A stretch of DNA of 64,000 bases from NCBI RefSeq assembly GCF_006345805.1, contig NW_021835690.1, positions 1-64,000 on the forward strand. The letters are read 5' to 3'. Shown here piece after piece: positions 1-14,671 of the stretch. The translations under genes were made by a program, and so were the position numbers. The first letter of the stretch is position 1, and every line of letters begins with the position of its first letter. This stretch comes from Octopus sinensis (lineage: Eukaryota). The notes below the pieces were generated by a model. That model was not told the DNA's origin. It saw only the letters and a program-made list of their open reading frames with translations, and did not search any database.

Positions 1-927
1 TGTGTGTGTGTGTGTGTACGTTTATGTATGTGGTTTCCATTATGCGAAGATGCCTGTACAAACTTTGTATATATATACTGCTTTATATGTTTAGCTTCAG
101 AAAACTGATATGCTATGAAAAGCCGAAGACAAGACAACAACAGAGATATTCATTTGGAAACAATAATGAAAACCGCAATATGTTGTTATAATATAGTAGG
201 CAAATACATAAAAATTTTGAAAACAATAGGACTATTCTCTAATTCCGCAGAAAAGAGCTGAGTGCGTTCTGTAGGAGATCTACATTTTTCTTAATACGCT
301 TCCTTTAATGGAATTGTAAAGAAATTACATTCAAGAATTAAACTCACCCTCGTACGAGAAATAAATGGAAAACCACAACTTATAAAAGAGGAAGTTCGGC
401 CATCGAAGTGTAATTTGTGAGAAAACTGACGTGGGGATATCACTGATATCACATATCGAAAAATTGGGATTACTCTTGAAATATGACAAAAGTGAATTTA
501 AAAGACAAAAATAACGTGTAACTCCTATAACATCACTTTCTTTAAGTTCTTGAATATGAATGAAGTATGGGGTTTTGGATTTGGATTCAAGCCAATTTTT
601 GAAAGCAACGGAGACTTTTCCGCCCTTATACCTTCTTGATGTAGCATATTCTAAACTTTCCTAAGAATAAGCGTGATCAATGTACATGAATACAAATGTA
701 ATATGGTTTTGACTGATTATAAATTTCAACAATATTGCTGTAGCAAAATGAATCAACCGAGACCTCTGCATCCTGAATACAAACCGGATCATCTCTTACA
801 TATATATGTGATACACTAACTTGCGAATATTCGATTAACTACGATTGCTCACGAAATAATTTCACAAATCTACTTCCTGAGAAAAGAATCAGGTGTGATG
901 CTTTCCTTTCAATATCTTATCAAATCA

Positions 928-1340
928 TTTTACTCTCTTTTACTCTTTTACTTGTTTCAGACATTTGACTGCGGCCATGCTGGAGCACCGCCTTTAGTCG
1001 AGAAAATCGACCCCAGGACTTGTTCTTTGTAAGCCTAGTACTTATTCTATCGGTCTCTTTTGCCGAACCGCTAAGTTACGGGGACGTAAACACACCAGCA
1101 TCGGTTGTCAAGCGATTTGGGTGGGGGGGTCAAACACAGACACACAAACATATACACACATACATACATATATACATATATATGACAGACTTCTTTCAGT
1201 TTCCGTCTACCAAATTCACTCACAATGCTTTGGTCGGCCCGAGGCTAAAGTAGAAGACACTTGCCCAAGGTGCCACGCAGTGGGACTGAACCCGGAACCA
1301 TGTGGTTGGTAAGCAAGCTACTTACCACACAGCCACTCCT
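928..1340 (-). mobile_element. tRNA-derived SINE family A (tRNA head, CORE-like segment, internal CA/TA microsatellite, (GAGTAAAA)n tail)
   Basis: Near-identical ~410 bp unit recurs many times in the window. The minus-strand head has A-box-like TGGCTGTGTGG and B-box GGTTCAGTCC, then CCTTGGGCAAGTG (CORE-like), and ends GGCGGTGCTCCAGCATGGCCGCAGTC..GAAACAAGTAAAAGAG. Confidence 0.9.
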
Positions 1341-2060
1341 TAAATGTCTTAAATTGGAGAAATTAACAGGCATATTTTCTTCATATTTGATCTCAGCGAA
1401 GCGCCTTCAACTCAGTCGGCAAAAATTAAGAATGATCAACATTGAATATCAACAGGAAGATTTTAGTTTTATTGGTTTGCTTAGGACTGAAGAAAAATAT
1501 GTCGAAGCAGTGTTCTTCATACTAAATAGAAATACATTGTTGTCTCGCATATCTAACAGTAGAGGGCTGGAAAACTTCGTATAGTTGACATCACTCTAGG
1601 GATAATTAAATTCGGAAAATGACATGCAAGGAAGATAATTCTAATAAAGTTATTTGTTTGAACATTTTCAATGGCATAAAGAATATCACGAAGACAGTAT
1701 AACAAATGCAGTAGACTCTGAGATAAATTACAAAAACATATTAGGCGTCTTTACTGAAGCATTCATTACTCAGTTCACAAAATAATCTATAGATATATAT
1801 TTACAAAGGAAGTGAAATGACGACACTTAATTCAATAAGCAATAGGAACAAAGCGAATTCTTTAGGGGCCCATTCTACATGCTAAATTCAAATATAGCTG
1901 ACTTTCACAAAAGAGATTATATGTAGAGATTCCCCCTTGTATTGCTTTTTAAATAAATAAGATAAAGTTTTCGAATAATATATGTACAATAAAGTATGGA
2001 CGTGAGTCTGTTCATTTCGTATCATTGGTCACTCAAATTATAGTGGTATTAATCTATATA

Positions 2061-2109
<49 letters not shown>

Positions 2110-2118
2110 CACACACAC

Positions 2119-2149
<31 letters not shown>

Positions 2150-2150
<1 letters not shown>

Positions 2151-2550
2151 CTCTTTACTCTTTTACTTGTTTCAGTCATTTGACTGCAGCCATGCTGGAG
2201 CACCGCCTTTAGTCGAGCAAATCGACCCCAGGACTTATTCTTTGTAAGCCCAGTACTTATTCTATCGGTCTCTTTTGCCGAACCGCTAAGTGACGGGGAC
2301 GTAAACACATCAGCATCGGTTGTCAAGCAATGCTAGGGGGACAAACACAGACACACACATACATAGATATATATATATATACATACATATATACGACAGG
2401 CTTCTTTCAGTTTCCGTCTACAAAATCCACTCACAAGGCATTGGTCGGCCCGGGGCTATAGCAGAAGACACTTGCCCAAGGTGCCACGCAGTGGGACTGA
2501 ACCCGGAACCATGTGGTTGGTTAGCAAGCTACTTACCACACAGCCACTCC
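2150..2550 (-). mobile_element. SINE family A copy
   Basis: Aligns end to end with 928-1340; flanked by (TA)n. Confidence 0.9.
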
Positions 2551-2601
2551 ATATATATATATAATATATATATATATATATAATTATATATATATATATA
2601 T

Positions 2602-2672
<71 letters not shown>

Positions 2673-2892
2673 ATATTATATATATATATATATATATACA
2701 TATATATTTTTAATTTCAGCTCAGAGCGGCGGCCATGCTGATGCACCGCCGTTGATATATATATATATATTCTGTAAATAATAATATTTTTATAAGCTTG
2801 GAGCTCATAAGCAATCACCATGTATGAACTACAGAAAGAAAAGTAGACTAATATTGGGGCACATAAGACCTCGAGGGTAAAAGTGGGTTTTC

Positions 2893-2963
2893 TGTACGCA
2901 TGGGACTTGAACCCACTCCTCTATGTTTTCGTGACAAGTGTGCTACCATTACACCAACGCACC
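2893..2963 (-). pseudogene. tRNA-like sequence (tRNA pseudogene or head of another SINE)
   Basis: Minus strand GGTGCGTTGGTGTAATGGTAGCAC...GTGGGTTCAAGTCCCATGCGTACA has A and B boxes and pairing D, T and acceptor stems. The anticodon arm is imperfect and lacks U33. Confidence 0.55.
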
Positions 2964-3299
2964 CTCCTCCCCGCTTCTTTCTGTCAGATTTAAGAACTAT
3001 AATTTCACAATGTTGCTTTTTTATAAACAGACGTGCGTCTTCTGCGATGATTTTGTTAAGCGGTACGTGTATTTGCAATTCTGAGAATGATAACAATAAC
3101 AGTATTTTTATGAGTTTAAAGTTTGTAAGTGATCACCGTAAATTGACTAAAGAAATTGCTGCTTTCTTAAGACTATTTGTTCGTTTTAATGGTTGTGTGT
3201 GCTATTTTTGATTTCGTGTTTTTTTTTTTTTTTTTTGGTATTCCTTGTTGAATATTAATTTTTTATATCCTACTTTCTCTAGTGCTAAGTTGTAATAAT

Positions 3300-4690
3300 C
3301 TTCATTTTACCCAAAATACCTAAGAAACTCGTTGAAAGGCATAGAAGTAGAAGGACGAACCCTAGAAAGAGCAGCACCAAAATTAATATCTTTAGGGAAT
3401 GGAGAAACAATACCGGACCGGAGGAAGAAAGAATAGGTGTGACTTCTAGTAAAGTCAATAACACAATAAATAATAGAAATAGACAAACAGGTCTATGCAA
3501 CTGTGCTAGAGATAAAGCATGCCCGTTAAACTCAAAATGTAAGGCTAAGAACTTGGTCTATAGATGTAAAGTTGTCTCGTAGGGAAGGGAAAACTTTCTT
3601 TTTTGAAAACCAGACTGACCAATCATTTAAATTCCTTTAGAGATAGGGAAAATATAATACAAGCCTAAGAAAACTAATTTAGTCAATTAAAAACAAAAAC
3701 AATAGCTATTTTATTGGGAATTAATTAGCACTGCCTGCTAAGCCTTATCGAGTAGGAGGAAATAGATGCGGCCTTTGCGTAGAGGAGCTTTACCAAATAT
3801 TTACATCAAAACACGCATTAATTAATACAAGACACGAACAAGCTCTTAGATGTTCACGCAAGCACGGTCAAATCTTTAAGAGATATAAACATAATTCTAG
3901 ATAGCCAACGTGCCAACAATATTTGGGCTCGATATAACAAATAGAACAGCATAATCTAAACATAAAAAATGTTTAATGACCATCATTAATAAAACAAACA
4001 ATACCCTACGCAATGTACGACACAAATAATGAGCCGCCCAACCAAAAAATTGAATGTAAACAAACAAGAATCCTACACTCGAAATCAAGACTAACTCACA
4101 TCTCTCTTTTCTCTTTTATCTCTTTTACTTGTTTCAGTCATTTTGACTGCGGCCATGCTGGAGCACCGCCTTTAGTCGAGCAAATCGACCCCGGGACTTA
4201 TTCTTTGTAAGCCCAGTGCTTATTCTATCTGTCTCTTTTGCCGAACCGCTAGGTGACGGGGACGTAACCACACCAGCATCGGTTGTCAAGCAATGCTAGG
4301 GGGACAAACGCAGACACACAAACACACACACACATACACATACATATATACATGTATATACATATATACGACAGGCTTCTTTCAGTTTCCGTCTACAAAA
4401 TCCACTCACAAGGCATTGGTCGGCCCGGGGCTATAGCAGAAGACACTTGCCCAAGATGCCATGCAGTGGGACTGAACCCGGAACCATGTGGTTGGTTAGC
4501 AAGCTACTTACCACACAGCCACTCCACACATAATCATTAAAACGAACAAAGAGCCTTACAAAAAATAAACAATCTCGAACTTATCCTATTTTAAGACCGA
4601 GCCTTGACTTCGGACAGATATTAGGGTGAGGCTGAGGTCAATAGCACACGCCTATAAATAACAGCATCCTCACCTGTCACAGAACTTAGC
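3300..4690 (+). mobile_element. Penelope-like element 3' remnant with decayed GIY-YIG endonuclease, interrupted by a SINE
   Basis: Hand translation gives CNCARDKACPLNSKCKAKNLVYRCKV (~3496-3573) and, across frameshifts, WELIS..AYRVGGNRCGLCVEE..LINTRHE..C (~3715-3860). This is the Cys-flanked GIY-YIG pattern of Penelope-like elements. Boundaries are approximate. Confidence 0.75.
4103..4525 (-). mobile_element. SINE family A copy nested in the Penelope-like remnant
   Basis: Aligns with 928-1340. Confidence 0.9.
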
Positions 4691-5758
4691 TCTTGCGATG
4701 TCCCTGTTGCTGCAAGCGACAATATTTCGGATATTGTTGTTTCTGTTGTGCTTCATATTATGTATTCAGAGTTGTGCTTATCGTTGCACTTTTTGGCAAC
4801 AACAAACTCCACTACTTGGTAATTTACTTCGCTGTTGCTTTATCTGCCTCCAAAGAACGAAAGGCAAATTTGACTTGGGCTGGATTGTGTTATTGAATGA
4901 CTTAAAAGAAACAGATGTTTTCTGAACTGCAGTTCCATGGGACTACTTCATTGTTAAATGCTCATGATATTTTCCTCAGAAGAATTTCTTGAAGGAAACC
5001 AAGATGAAAAATATCATAAATATAATTTTTAAAATGTTGCGGGGTTAATCAACAACCACTTAAATCTACTAATTACAGAAAACTCTAAATTCTTGTTATT
5101 CTAACCTTTTGTTTCAATGAAATGTGAAGTAATTTCTTCTTATGTCATAATTAGACTGGCCGACACAGACGGCCATCAGTCACTTAAAAAGTATTTGATT
5201 AAATGAAATATTATTATTGTCAGTTATATGGTTTATTGAGGAAATATTCTTAGAGTGTGATAAATTTGGTGTGAAATTGGAGGAACGGAATGTGAACATA
5301 AGTGTTGTTTATAAAGATTCTAATATGGCAATATGGAAACATTCCAAAATGTTATATCTAAATAATTATAGTAACTCAGAATAAAACCGATCTAATCTAA
5401 GAATAAATTTTATTGAACAATTTCTGAACTATCTCTAAACATATCAATGAATAAACAGATCTGAAATTTTGAGGCAATAATCTGTATTTAATGGTCTATT
5501 GGGCTGCTTAAAAAGATCTTAATAAGGGTGAGAAAACAAATGTTCACGTTTATCACTAAAAGAATGTTTGATTTTCTATTCAGTGTATGGGAGCGTATGT
5601 ACAATCCACATACACAAATATATGAACATTGAAACTATTCAAAATTCAATACCATGCCTAGTTGCAATGAAATGACTTTTGAATAATTACAATTTTAAAC
5701 TTAAATACCATACAATGTTTCACTTCCTCAAAATCTGCTACACTGCAATATATATATA

Positions 5759-5837
<79 letters not shown>

Positions 5838-6172
5838 TATATATATATACATACATATTTATACACATACATATATATACACATACATATATTTATACAC
5901 ATACATATATATACGCATACATATATATGTATACATACACACACACACACATATATACTTTCGTAAATATGAGGGTAATAAATCAAAATAATTTATTACT
6001 CGGGATTAGCATGCATAAGTAAGTCATAAGGCATAACATGTTTTTTAAAATATACGAGTGTATATTTTTTATACACAGAGAGGAGACCCTTGACAGAGCT
6101 CCTAACATGATAAAAAGGGCAGTTAGAACCCAACCAGGAAAAACACCAGAACGAACAAAAAATAAATTAATT

Positions 6173-6244
6173 AATCTCGAACTCGAGTTTTACTAATTAT
6201 TGCCAAATAATCTAATTTGGAATCTGTAGATCATCAGCGGGATT
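6173..6244 (-). ncRNA. Degenerate type I hammerhead ribozyme motif
   Basis: Minus strand aatcccg-CTGATGA-tcta...tagt-AAAA-ctcgag-TT-cgagatt. Stem I pairs 6/7, stem III is palindromic, GAAA is mutated. Confidence 0.5.
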
Positions 6245-6496
6245 GCTAATTAATGAATACCGAAAACATGCACAAGACAGCTACATCTTTATCCATTATG
6301 GATTCGAACTTAGTGCGTGAGCTTCATGAATTCTTTTGCTCATATCAATGAGAGGGGACCGGTACGCAATGATGCCGTCGAGAGGTAGGCCCCGAAACAC
6401 CGTGCATTCTCTCCTGATGACCTCATATACTTGCTAGCTTCCAGTATGCGGGTCTTTCGACTGGTAGCAGCACTTGTATGTGCAAGTATTTTGCGA

Positions 6497-6559
<63 letters not shown>

Positions 6560-6660
6560 GTATGTATGTATGTATGTATGTATGTATGTTGTATGTATGT
6601 ATGTATGTATGTAATAGATAAATAGATAGATAGATAGATAGATAGATGATAAATAGATAA

Positions 6661-6698
<38 letters not shown>

Positions 6699-6709
6699 GA
6701 TAGATAGAT

Positions 6710-6741
<32 letters not shown>

Positions 6742-6770
6742 GATAGATAGATAGATAGATAGATAGATAT

Positions 6771-7426
6771 GTTTCTTTATTAGCCACACAGGGCTGCACA
6801 CAGATAGAACAAATTACAAGGTAGAGCTTTTCTTTTGGGGGTAAAAAAAGGAGAGTGGTGGTTTTCGATCAAAAGGGATCGTAAAAGGAAAGAAAAAGGA
6901 CAAAAAAAAGGGGAGGGGTTAAAAAAAAGGGGGGGAGAGAAAAAAAATGAATAATAGGGATCGTTATCACAGAAATGTCAATATGAAGTGTAAAGGGGAG
7001 GACAGGTGAGGTTTACCCGTGGAAAGAAAAGCCTACGGAAAAGACCACGGTAACCTCGGTCAATGAAGTCACATGTTATATTTCTTTTTTTTTTTTGCAA
7101 ATAAGCACTCTCTGTATTAATTTTTATGGTTCATAGAATCATAGTCAAGTGGCTTCGTCATTCATACGTGCCATCCTTGCTACATTCACCCATCTTTTTT
7201 TAAAACATTCACTAGACAAAACTTGCCTCTCTACTCTCACTTTCCTCTTCAAGTGATACTTGAAGAAGTTGATGAGAGATTGACCAGAGAGAAAAGTGTT
7301 TGTCTCTAATCCTTTCAGGCGCGTCCACCAGATACATTCTTTCGCCATAGCCACAAGTATGATAAAAATAGCTCTTCCTTCCCGTTTGAAGGAAGGAGGC
7401 GTGACGATATTAACGATAGACTCGGC
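6771..7426 (-). mobile_element. 5'-truncated Tx1/L1-clade LINE (ORF2 C-terminus plus 3' UTR) inserted in (GATA)n
   Basis: The unique part of ORF 7145-7687(-) reads ..ILVAMAKECIWWTRLKG..FFKYHLKRKVRVERQ..KRW, an AKxxIWxxR-type ORF2 tail. The 3' end is GCAGCCCTGTGTGGCTAATAAAGAAAC, with (GATA)n on both sides. Confidence 0.75.
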
Positions 7427-7621
<195 letters not shown>

Positions 7622-8244
7622 GAATAAAATAAAGTAAAGATTAACAGAGTCAAAAGAAAGAGTAAGTACGGTTAGGCAGCTTTTCAAATGTTTCGATACA
7701 TATAGATCTACGTATACTCTTACTCTTTACTCTTTTACTTGTTTCAGTCATGTGACTGCGGCCATGCTGGAGCACCGCCTTTAACATACCTTTAACGTAT
7801 ATATGCAGGATTTAAATTTAAATTCCAATTTAATTCGAATTAAATCAGGTAACGATTTACCTGTATAATACGATCTATACGTATCTCCTCGGGCGATATT
7901 TAATCACTGTTTACGCAAGTAAATCTTAATTTCAATGCTCTTCATCTATGGCTCCTTTGAAACTAACAAACGCTAACGGTTTCAGTCCGCTCTCTATGAG
8001 TGTGTTATTACACGTTCGACATGAGCGACAATGTGCACGGTGTCTGCTTATTTAGTTTCACGTGGTATTCTGCACAGGCCAAATTGTATTATTACGGAAA
8101 ATGCACACATCCATTAGCTCATACTTATACGATCGCTTACACACCAACATACCAGCTGTTGTATTCATGGTTCCTTAGAATTTTCTGCTGCTGGATTTCG
8201 GCTCCATTCCATTGCAGCTATACAACAAGTTGGGGTTCCCCATG

Positions 8245-8403
8245 TGTCTGTATGTGTGTGTGTGTCTGTGTGTCTGTGCGTCTGTGTCTGTGTATCTGTG
8301 TGTGTTTGTCTGTGTGTCTGTGTGTCTGTGTGTGTCTGTGTGTGTCCGTCTGTGTGTCTGTGTGTCTCTGTGTGTCTCTGTGTGTATGTGTCTGTGTGTG
8401 TCT

Positions 8404-8500
<97 letters not shown>
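8245..8500. repeat. (GT)n/(GTCT)n microsatellite
   Basis: Directly visible. Confidence 0.95.
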
Positions 8501-9636
8501 ATGTGAGTGTGTATGTGTATAGTAATTCCCATAACTAGTAGCCATACTTACAAGATATTCTCTTACTCAACAACATAGAATAATCAGGCTGCTTGTGAGC
8601 TATATTGCAAATATAGATTAGAAATATTTTTCATAATATTTTAGAAAGGAAATTCTGTTAGCGAATTAAGCAAATCTCTTGCTCTTCAATAATAATAGAC
8701 CACGCGGGCTAAATGACCAAAATAGCATTACATCATTAAATGCTGATAAACTGAAGGAAAACAACAACAAAATAACCAAACTGTATCAACACAGAATACT
8801 TGAAGAGTAAATTAATAACCCACTCGATACATTATGCAACGGATTTATCCCAGAGGGGGTTACATAGCTTCTCTGTATGAAAATTAACGAGAATACATCC
8901 GGGAAGATAATTAGATGCAATATAAACAATAAACAAACTTTGCTAGAAATACTGGAATGCTTCGAGCAAATGTTATCTGCTTTAAATAATAAATTGAAAA
9001 GGTTGAACATTTAGGGAACACTTCCCTCAAGACCTTATCTATATAAATATTTTTTAAATATTTTCTATGACTTTACGAGGAAAGAACTGCAAATAAAACA
9101 ATATAAAACAATATAAAACAATATAAAACATTCATTTTTGATAAAAAGAAATGCATTCGTTATTTCTTGTGGCAATTTACTTACAGCGTCCAAATCTTGC
9201 TGAGGCAAAGCGTCACAATTTCGCTGTCGATGAAATAAGATGCCAGCCATGTATTAGATATATATAATCGACTAAAACCCAATCACCAAAATTTCTCCCA
9301 TGCGCCAAGATCTATGGAACAGTTAATTGATTGCTTATTGACAAGATAGTATTAATGGTATTAGATGATAAGAATTTGATAACAGAATTCTTATCAATTT
9401 TATGTTAAATTTCAATAAATTCAAATTAAATTTTTTTAAATATATCTAAAGAATACTTTCAACCAAAGCAATATATTATAGCCTACCAAATAAACAATCA
9501 ACAACACTCGCATTGCTATTACTACTATTCACCAATGTTTATAATCCATTCACAGTATCAAGGTATGATGTAATGAATATGTAACATAAGGTACAATTAG
9601 GAACTGGGCCAAATTTTAGCCATTTCTCCGCAGACT

Positions 9637-9722
<86 letters not shown>

Positions 9723-9773
9723 CAGACAGATAGATAGACAGATAGAGAGACAGATAGATAGACAGATAGATAA

Positions 9774-10078
9774 GTTTCTTTATTGGCCACACAGGGCTGC
9801 ACACAGATGGGACAAGTTACAAGGTAGAGCTTTTCTTTTGGGGGATGAAAAAACAAAAAACAAAAGAAACAAAAAAAAGGAGTGGCGTAGGTTTTCGATC
9901 AAGAGGGGTCGTAAAAGGGAAGAAAAGAACAAAAAAAATAATAAATAAAATTAAATTAAAAAAATAAAAAATAAAAATAAAAAAAAGAAGAAAAGGAAAA
10001 GGAACAAAAGAAAAGAGAAATGAAAAAGAAGAAAAAAGGGGAAGATAAAAAAAACGATCAATAGGGATCGTGTATCAC
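9774..10078 (-). mobile_element. Second 3'-UTR-only copy of the (GATA)n-associated Tx1-type LINE
   Basis: Matches 6771-6972 (TTTCTTTATT.GCCACACAGGGCTGCACACAGAT..ACAAGGTAGAGC..TTTTCGATCAA..ATAGGGATCG..TATCACAG); GATA repeats on both sides. Confidence 0.8.
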
Positions 10079-10925
10079 AGATAGATAGATAGATAATTTG
10101 AAACGTCGGAGTATCAGGAAAGAAAACTTAGCAAGTTTTACGAGAATCCGTGCAGACTGAAGGGAAGATACTTTTTCCAACTTCAGAGTTTGAAACTGAA
10201 AAGGTCCTTCATAAAGGTCAGTCTCGGGAAATCAGAAAAAGAAACCAACGAAACCCACAATCTTCTCACAAACCTGCATCGGACACATTGTGATTTCTCT
10301 AGATCACGTGCTTATATTCCTATTCCTATTGGTAAGCCTAAGAACTCACAAGAAGAGTCATCGTGTGATTGGATTATAAACATTGGTGAATAGTAGTAAC
10401 AGCAATGCGAGTGTTGTTGATTGTTTATTTGGTAGGCTATAATATATTGCTTTGGTTGAAAGTATTCTTTAGACATATTTTTAAAAAATTTAATTTTCAA
10501 TGTATTGAAATTTAACATAAAATTTATATATGGCTTCCAAAGTATGAATGTCATTTCGATGCATTTATCTAATTTATTTTGTTTTATTTGTTTGTCTGTT
10601 TTCTAGAATAAACAATGATGTGATATATCTAATCGTTTTACATCCATATTATTATAATTGTTTTATCTTAATAATTTTGAAAGTAAGAAAAGTTTAATAA
10701 GATGTAAATAACTTTAAAATAACAAAATATCATTGGTGATATTCCGTATGAAATCTTTATACTTATTAAAATAAATAACACAGACAATTGATATTGATTT
10801 TGCATATATGTGTCTCAATCTTGTTTCTTCCAATGCATAATTTGTTTTTATATGTAAATAAACATCTCCTTCGTTTGTTTTCTGAGTGAAGCAGTTGGCT
10901 TAGTTATTAAAATGCACCGATACCA

Positions 10926-11340
10926 TTACTCTTTTTTTACTGTTTTATTTGTTTCAGTCATTTGACTGCGGCCATGCTGGAGCACCGCCTTTAGTCGAGC
11001 AAATCGACCCCGGGACTTATTCTTTGTAAGCCCAGTACTTGTTCTATCGGTCTCATTTGCCGAACCGCTAAGTGACGGGGACATAAACACACCAGCATCG
11101 GTTGTCAAGCAATGCTAGGGGGACAAACACAGACACACAAACACACACACGCATACATATATATATATACATATATACGACAGGCTTCTTTCAGTTTCCG
11201 TCTACCAAATCCACTCACAAGGCATTGGTCAGCCCGGGGCTATAGCAGAAGACACTTGCCCAAGATGCCACGCAGTGGGACTGAACCCGGAACCATGTGG
11301 CTGGTTAGCAAGCTACTTACCACACAGCCATTCCTGCGCC
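10926..11340 (-). mobile_element. SINE family A, full length
   Basis: Aligns with other copies and includes the 5' GGCGCAGG start. Confidence 0.9.
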
Positions 11341-11825
11341 TATTATGAAGTATTTTGTATCACCATAGGTTCCACAAAACACAACGTCTTGTTGCTTCGC
11401 TACAAATGTCTGCAATATCACTCACCATATAATGCTTTTACTGATCCAGCGGTGATGGAAGTAGAGGAGAAAGTTTTAAAATAAAATAGAATAAATCATA
11501 AATAAGTGCTAAAACATTTGCATTGGTGCTGTCATGTATATATATATATGGTAAATATTTTTGCTTGCTACCTGATATACTAGTTTGGCAATGTATATAT
11601 ACGCTCAACTTCATTTTAAAATCCACAAAGATCAAAACTTGACTGCAGCTCCTCCTGGTTGACCAACACGGATAAGCAATCTATGTGGGTATCTTTTCAA
11701 AACATTGTCTGGTTTAAAAAGTCACAACAGATGCCATCATGTTTCTAACGTGTAGGTACATGAAGTGGTCAAACTCTCCATAAGGAGTAGACAATCACCA
11801 TATATATATATACATATATATATAT

Positions 11826-11987
11826 TCAAAATAAACAACAAGGATATCCAAGGTAGTGTAGTACAATCGTTTCGTGCTACTTCATTTAATTAAACAATGT
11901 AAGTATTAATTAAATATATTTGATTAAATGAAGTAGCATGAAACGATTGTACTACACTACCTTGGGTATCCTTGTTGCTTATTTTGA
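11826..11987. repeat. Fold-back inverted repeat (~69 bp arms) containing the 3' half of a hammerhead, in a (TA)n-flanked insert
   Basis: 11826-11894 is the reverse complement of 11919-11987; GAAA-cgattg-TA-ctac at 11940-11955. Confidence 0.75.
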
Positions 11988-12064
11988 TTATATCACCCCA
12001 TTTGATATATACGGATAATACCATACCAAATTCCGGTGCCTTTAACATAAGTGCCATATTCTTC

Positions 12065-12128
<64 letters not shown>

Positions 12129-12130
<2 letters not shown>

Positions 12131-12742
12131 TAATCAATATTAGGATAGCAAAAAATTCAGTAGAAATTATTTTGCCACCAGCGGTCTAGTGAGAAAAAGG
12201 AAATAGTCGGAGACTATTAATAAATTCAACAACAAATTGAGGAACGGCCATAATAGGCCGTTCGACCCACTAGAAAAAGCAGCCAGGGCTTCAACCGCAA
12301 ATAGTAGTAATTCCGTAAACAGAGGAAAATTAAAAAACATTTACCCTGTTCATCTTTAGACAATGCATTGTTTCTGCGTTTTTTAATGGTAAACAAGCCT
12401 GATTAAATTAAATCAAGTCAATCTTCCAAAGGCCAACGCAATTCATCAGTAAAGGAGCCAGGAGGGAGAGAAATTACACGAGGCAGCTACCTTAATGCCT
12501 CGGCAATATCTGACCTAAAATTTTCAAAATCATCGTACGCGCCAATTTATCGGCAGCAAATATAAGCTGCCGATTCCATCTCGGAATTAATCAGAAAATT
12601 ATCAATTAATCAATATTAGGGTAAGGGTAAATGTTTTTTAATTTTCCTCTGTTTACGGAATTACTACTATTTGCGGTTGAAGCCCTGGCTGCTTTTTCTA
12701 GTGGGTCGAACGGCCTATTATGGCCGTTCCTCAATTTGTTGT
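12129..12742 (-). mobile_element. Penelope-like pLTR remnant in (TA)n with an inverted partial copy
   Basis: 12625-12742 is the reverse complement of ~12227-12346; contains a hammerhead; TA tracts on both sides. Confidence 0.7.
12354..12454 (-). ncRNA. Type I hammerhead ribozyme motif, intact core
   Basis: Minus strand cttta-CTGATGA-attgcgtt...aacgca-GAAA-caatgcattg-TC-taaag. Stem I is 5 bp and stem III is palindromic. Confidence 0.8.
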
Positions 12743-13338
12743 TATATATATATATAAACACATGTTCGTAGATGTCTCCATACTGAACTCAAACAACTGA
12801 AGACAAAATTTTATTTATCGATTAATATAATTTCTGTCACTGCAAGAAGTTTGTAATGCTTCATGAAACAAATGTGGTATGGTAATCCTCGGATCAAGAT
12901 ATACATAGACAGAGTAGTCCTGCTTCGTATCTTCGTTGCGCAATTGTGTGATGAATTAGATAAGGACTTTGTCGGTTCATATTTGAGAAATATATTTGCG
13001 TTGTTGTGAGCTGAATGAAAATTATATTAGTTTGTACTGCTAATCCCTATTTTACTATATGCAACTATTATGTCGCAAATAAAAGCAACGATCACTGTTT
13101 GATTATCATTGCTTTTTTGATTGGATGCTTTCATGATATCTTGTATGCCTGAACATTAATATGCCTATGTATAAGTAATGGTGGCTTTTATTGAGAGGGT
13201 ACAAGAAATTTCACAGCAATTTCCATATTAATTAATTTGGCGTTCAAGTAAAACATCAACATCAAGACATCGACGTCAAGTTGGACATGTAAATTGCTTT
13301 TTGGCATTAAAACTGATTCCTTCCCTATTGATGTGTGT

Positions 13339-13396
<58 letters not shown>

Positions 13397-13469
13397 TACT
13401 ACTACTTCTACCATTATTATTATTATCATTATTATTATTATATTATTATTATTATTATTATTACTATTA

Positions 13470-13525
<56 letters not shown>
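13339..13525. repeat. (ATT)n microsatellite
   Basis: Directly visible. Confidence 0.95.
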
Positions 13526-13526
<1 letters not shown>

Positions 13527-13568
13527 TATGTTTGACTTTTGCTTTATATTTGTACAAGTTGGCTCCAA
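13526..13568 (-). mobile_element. Probable 3'-terminal fragment of the Dong/R4-type LINE in (TAA)n
   Basis: Minus strand TTGGAGCCAACTTG.. matches TTGGAGCCAGCTTG at ~15899 in the Dong-type 3' UTR and runs into (TAA)n. Confidence 0.5.
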
Positions 13569-13588
13569 TTATTATTACTATTATTTAA

Positions 13589-13800
13589 GGCGGCGAGCTG
13601 GCAGCCTCGTTAGCACGCTGGACAAAATACTTAGCCGTATTTTGCCCGTCGCTACCTTCTGAGTTCAAATTGCGCCGAGGTCGATTTTGTCTTTCATCCT
13701 TTCGAAGTCGATAAAATAAGTACCAGTTGAACACTTGGGTTTGATGTAATCGACTCATCCCCTCCCTAAACTTGCTGCCCTTGTGGCAGAATTTGAAACC
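13589..13800 (+). mobile_element. SINE family B (tRNA head, Nin-domain-like centre), tail type 2
   Basis: GGCGGCGAGCTGGCAG head, GAGTTCAAAT B box, CCGAGGTCGA..TTTCATCCTTTCG..GTCGATAAAATAAGTACC (resembles the Nin-SINE domain), tail GCTGCCCTTGTGGCAGAATTTGAAACC. Confidence 0.8.
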
Positions 13801-13829
13801 ATTATTATCATTATATACTCATTCATATA

Positions 13830-14030
13830 TCTGTCTTTCTGTTTGTTATATCTCCACCGCTTGAGAATCAGTATTCGTTTGTTTATGTCCCGTAACTTAG
13901 CGGTTCCGCAAAAACAGCGGATAGAATAAGTACCAAACTTAAAAGATATTGCGGTCGATTTCTTCGAATAAACCCTTCGATGTGGTGCCCCAAAATGGCC
14001 GCGGACTAATGACTGAAACTAGTAGGTAAT
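13830..14030 (+). mobile_element. Diverged 3' half of SINE family A
   Basis: CGTAACTTAGCGGTTC..ATAGAATAAGTACC..ATGGCCGCGGACTAATGACTGAAAC. Confidence 0.7.
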
Positions 14031-14165
14031 AAAACATATCTAGGTACTCTAATTTCTTGGTGTGAAAGCATTTAAATAATAACATCTTGTAGTATTATTT
14101 CTGTACGCTGTGCTTGGAAAATATACTTTATTAAATATTTCATGGGGATATGCGTGTATATATAT

Positions 14166-14536
<371 letters not shown>

Positions 14537-14539
14537 TAT

Positions 14540-14671
<132 letters not shown>

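Noticed and set aside
4596-4652. Possible HDV-like ribozyme on the minus strand
   Set aside because: P2-like pairing is present but there is no room for P1/P3 partners.
6345-6460. Plus-strand CTGATGA and GAAAC near hairpins
   Set aside because: The core elements could not be arranged into a consistent three-stem hammerhead.
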